From a virus, in IMG/VR virus record IMGVR_UViG_2881147464_000001, positions 9,453 through 73,452 of that record: 64,000 nucleotides of DNA. One strand, given 5' to 3'. Position 1 is the first letter of the stretch. Each line of letters opens with the position of its first letter. The notes beneath the pieces are model-generated. The model had not been told where the DNA came from. It worked only from the letters and a program-made list of their open reading frames with translations, and searched no databases. The translations under genes were made by a program, and so were the position numbers. Of this stretch, positions 63,455 to 64,000 are shown piece by piece.

Positions 63455-64000
63455 AGGTCTGCTTCTTCAGATCATCGAAGCCTCGCGAGGGCCTGCTTGC
63501 TGATGCTTTCGCGCGCGGCGTGATCGAGCACGGCGATGAAGCGGTGGTCCGGCTTCTCACCGATGAGGTGCAAGTCGCTTCGGATTGCGAAGTGGCCGTC
63601 ATGGTCGGGGTCAAGAGCAAGGAACTATTCCAGGCGAACTGGCATGCCGGCATCCACACCGTGATGCTTGATAAAGGCTATGTCCGCGGCAGCGCTGGCG
63701 GTCCGATCAAGATCTGGGAATACTGGCGCGTCGCTGTCGACGGCCATCACCCGACCCGATACCTGATGAAGGTGCCGCGGCCGTCGGATCGCCTGCAGAG
63801 GCTTCGCCTGACCGTCAATCCGTGGCGGACCATTGGCGGTCATATCGTCATCGCCGGATCGTCGGCCAAGTACAATGCCTTCTATGGGCTGCCGGACCCG
63901 ACGACATACGCCGAAAGCCTTGTGAGGCACATTCGTGAGGTCAGCGACAGGCCAATCGTCTACAGGCCGAAGCCCAGTTGGAAAGAGGCTGTTGCGATCA
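63451..64000 (+). CDS. KpsS/KpsC-like protein 3 (truncated by window end)
   Basis: Hand translation from TTG: LDKGY, HIVIAGSS, YRPKP; TTGA overlap. Confidence 0.7.
   Translation, partial: MKVCFFRSSKPREGLLADAFARGVIEHGDEAVVRLLTDEVQVASDCEVAVMVGVKSKELFQANWHAGIHTVMLDKGYVRGSAGGPIKIWEYWRVAVDGHHPTRYLMKVPRPSDRLQRLRLTVNPWRTIGGHIVIAGSSAKYNAFYGLPDPTTYAESLVRHIREVSDRPIVYRPKPSWKEAVAI

Noticed and set aside
1-64000. CRISPR array, reverse transcriptase/DGR/retron, integrase, transposase, rRNA, structural or terminase genes
   Set aside because: No spacer-repeat periodicity or matching protein motifs were seen; the hairpin family is dispersed, not arrayed

Overview
This window is entirely a segment of a large temperate-type tailed phage or prophage of an alphaproteobacterium. 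The host is probably rhizobial, inferred from the DnaN, SSB, GcrA and HU sequences. No capsid, tail, terminase, lysis or integrase genes are visible, so the genome extends beyond the window. Layout: (1) 1-12.9 kb, leftward recombination/repair operon (SSB, DnaN-1, DnaQ-like exonuclease, RecT-like, HNH, RecE-like, SMC-like ATPase, ProQ/FinO, Lar). (2) 12.9-14.6 kb, immunity switch (XRE repressor / Cro) with a 15-bp operator that recurs at 48.6 and 49.4 kb. (3) 14.3-35.4 kb, rightward operon with an envelope module (TerB, TAXI-like binding protein, ExbB/MotA-like + ExbD/MotB-like + Pro-rich partner), three DNA methyltransferases, HU, GcrA, two sigma factors, RuvC-like, SNF2, ParB-like, primase and DnaB. 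(4) 35.4-48.5 kb, leftward block of mostly small genes including DnaN-2 and a large MTase fusion. Eleven of these genes carry a covarying stem-loop (loop RAYNGU) 21-28 nt upstream of the start codon. (5) About 48.6-49.4 kb, candidate packaging-site region plus HNH. (6) 49.5-60.3 kb, rightward accessory operon containing a nucleotidyltransferase-Pth2-HD hydrolase trio and, near its end, tRNA-Arg(UCG) and tRNA-Gln(UUG) preceded by a mini-ORF MNALQQQRRR. (7) 61.2-64 kb, glycosyltransferase-like cluster with three KpsS/KpsC-like paralogues. Best novelty candidates: the start-associated hairpin family, the phage-encoded ExbBD-like motor module, the tRNA/translation-rescue module with its Gln/Arg leader peptide, and three unannotated structured intergenic RNAs. 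All family assignments come from motif recognition by eye, not database searches.
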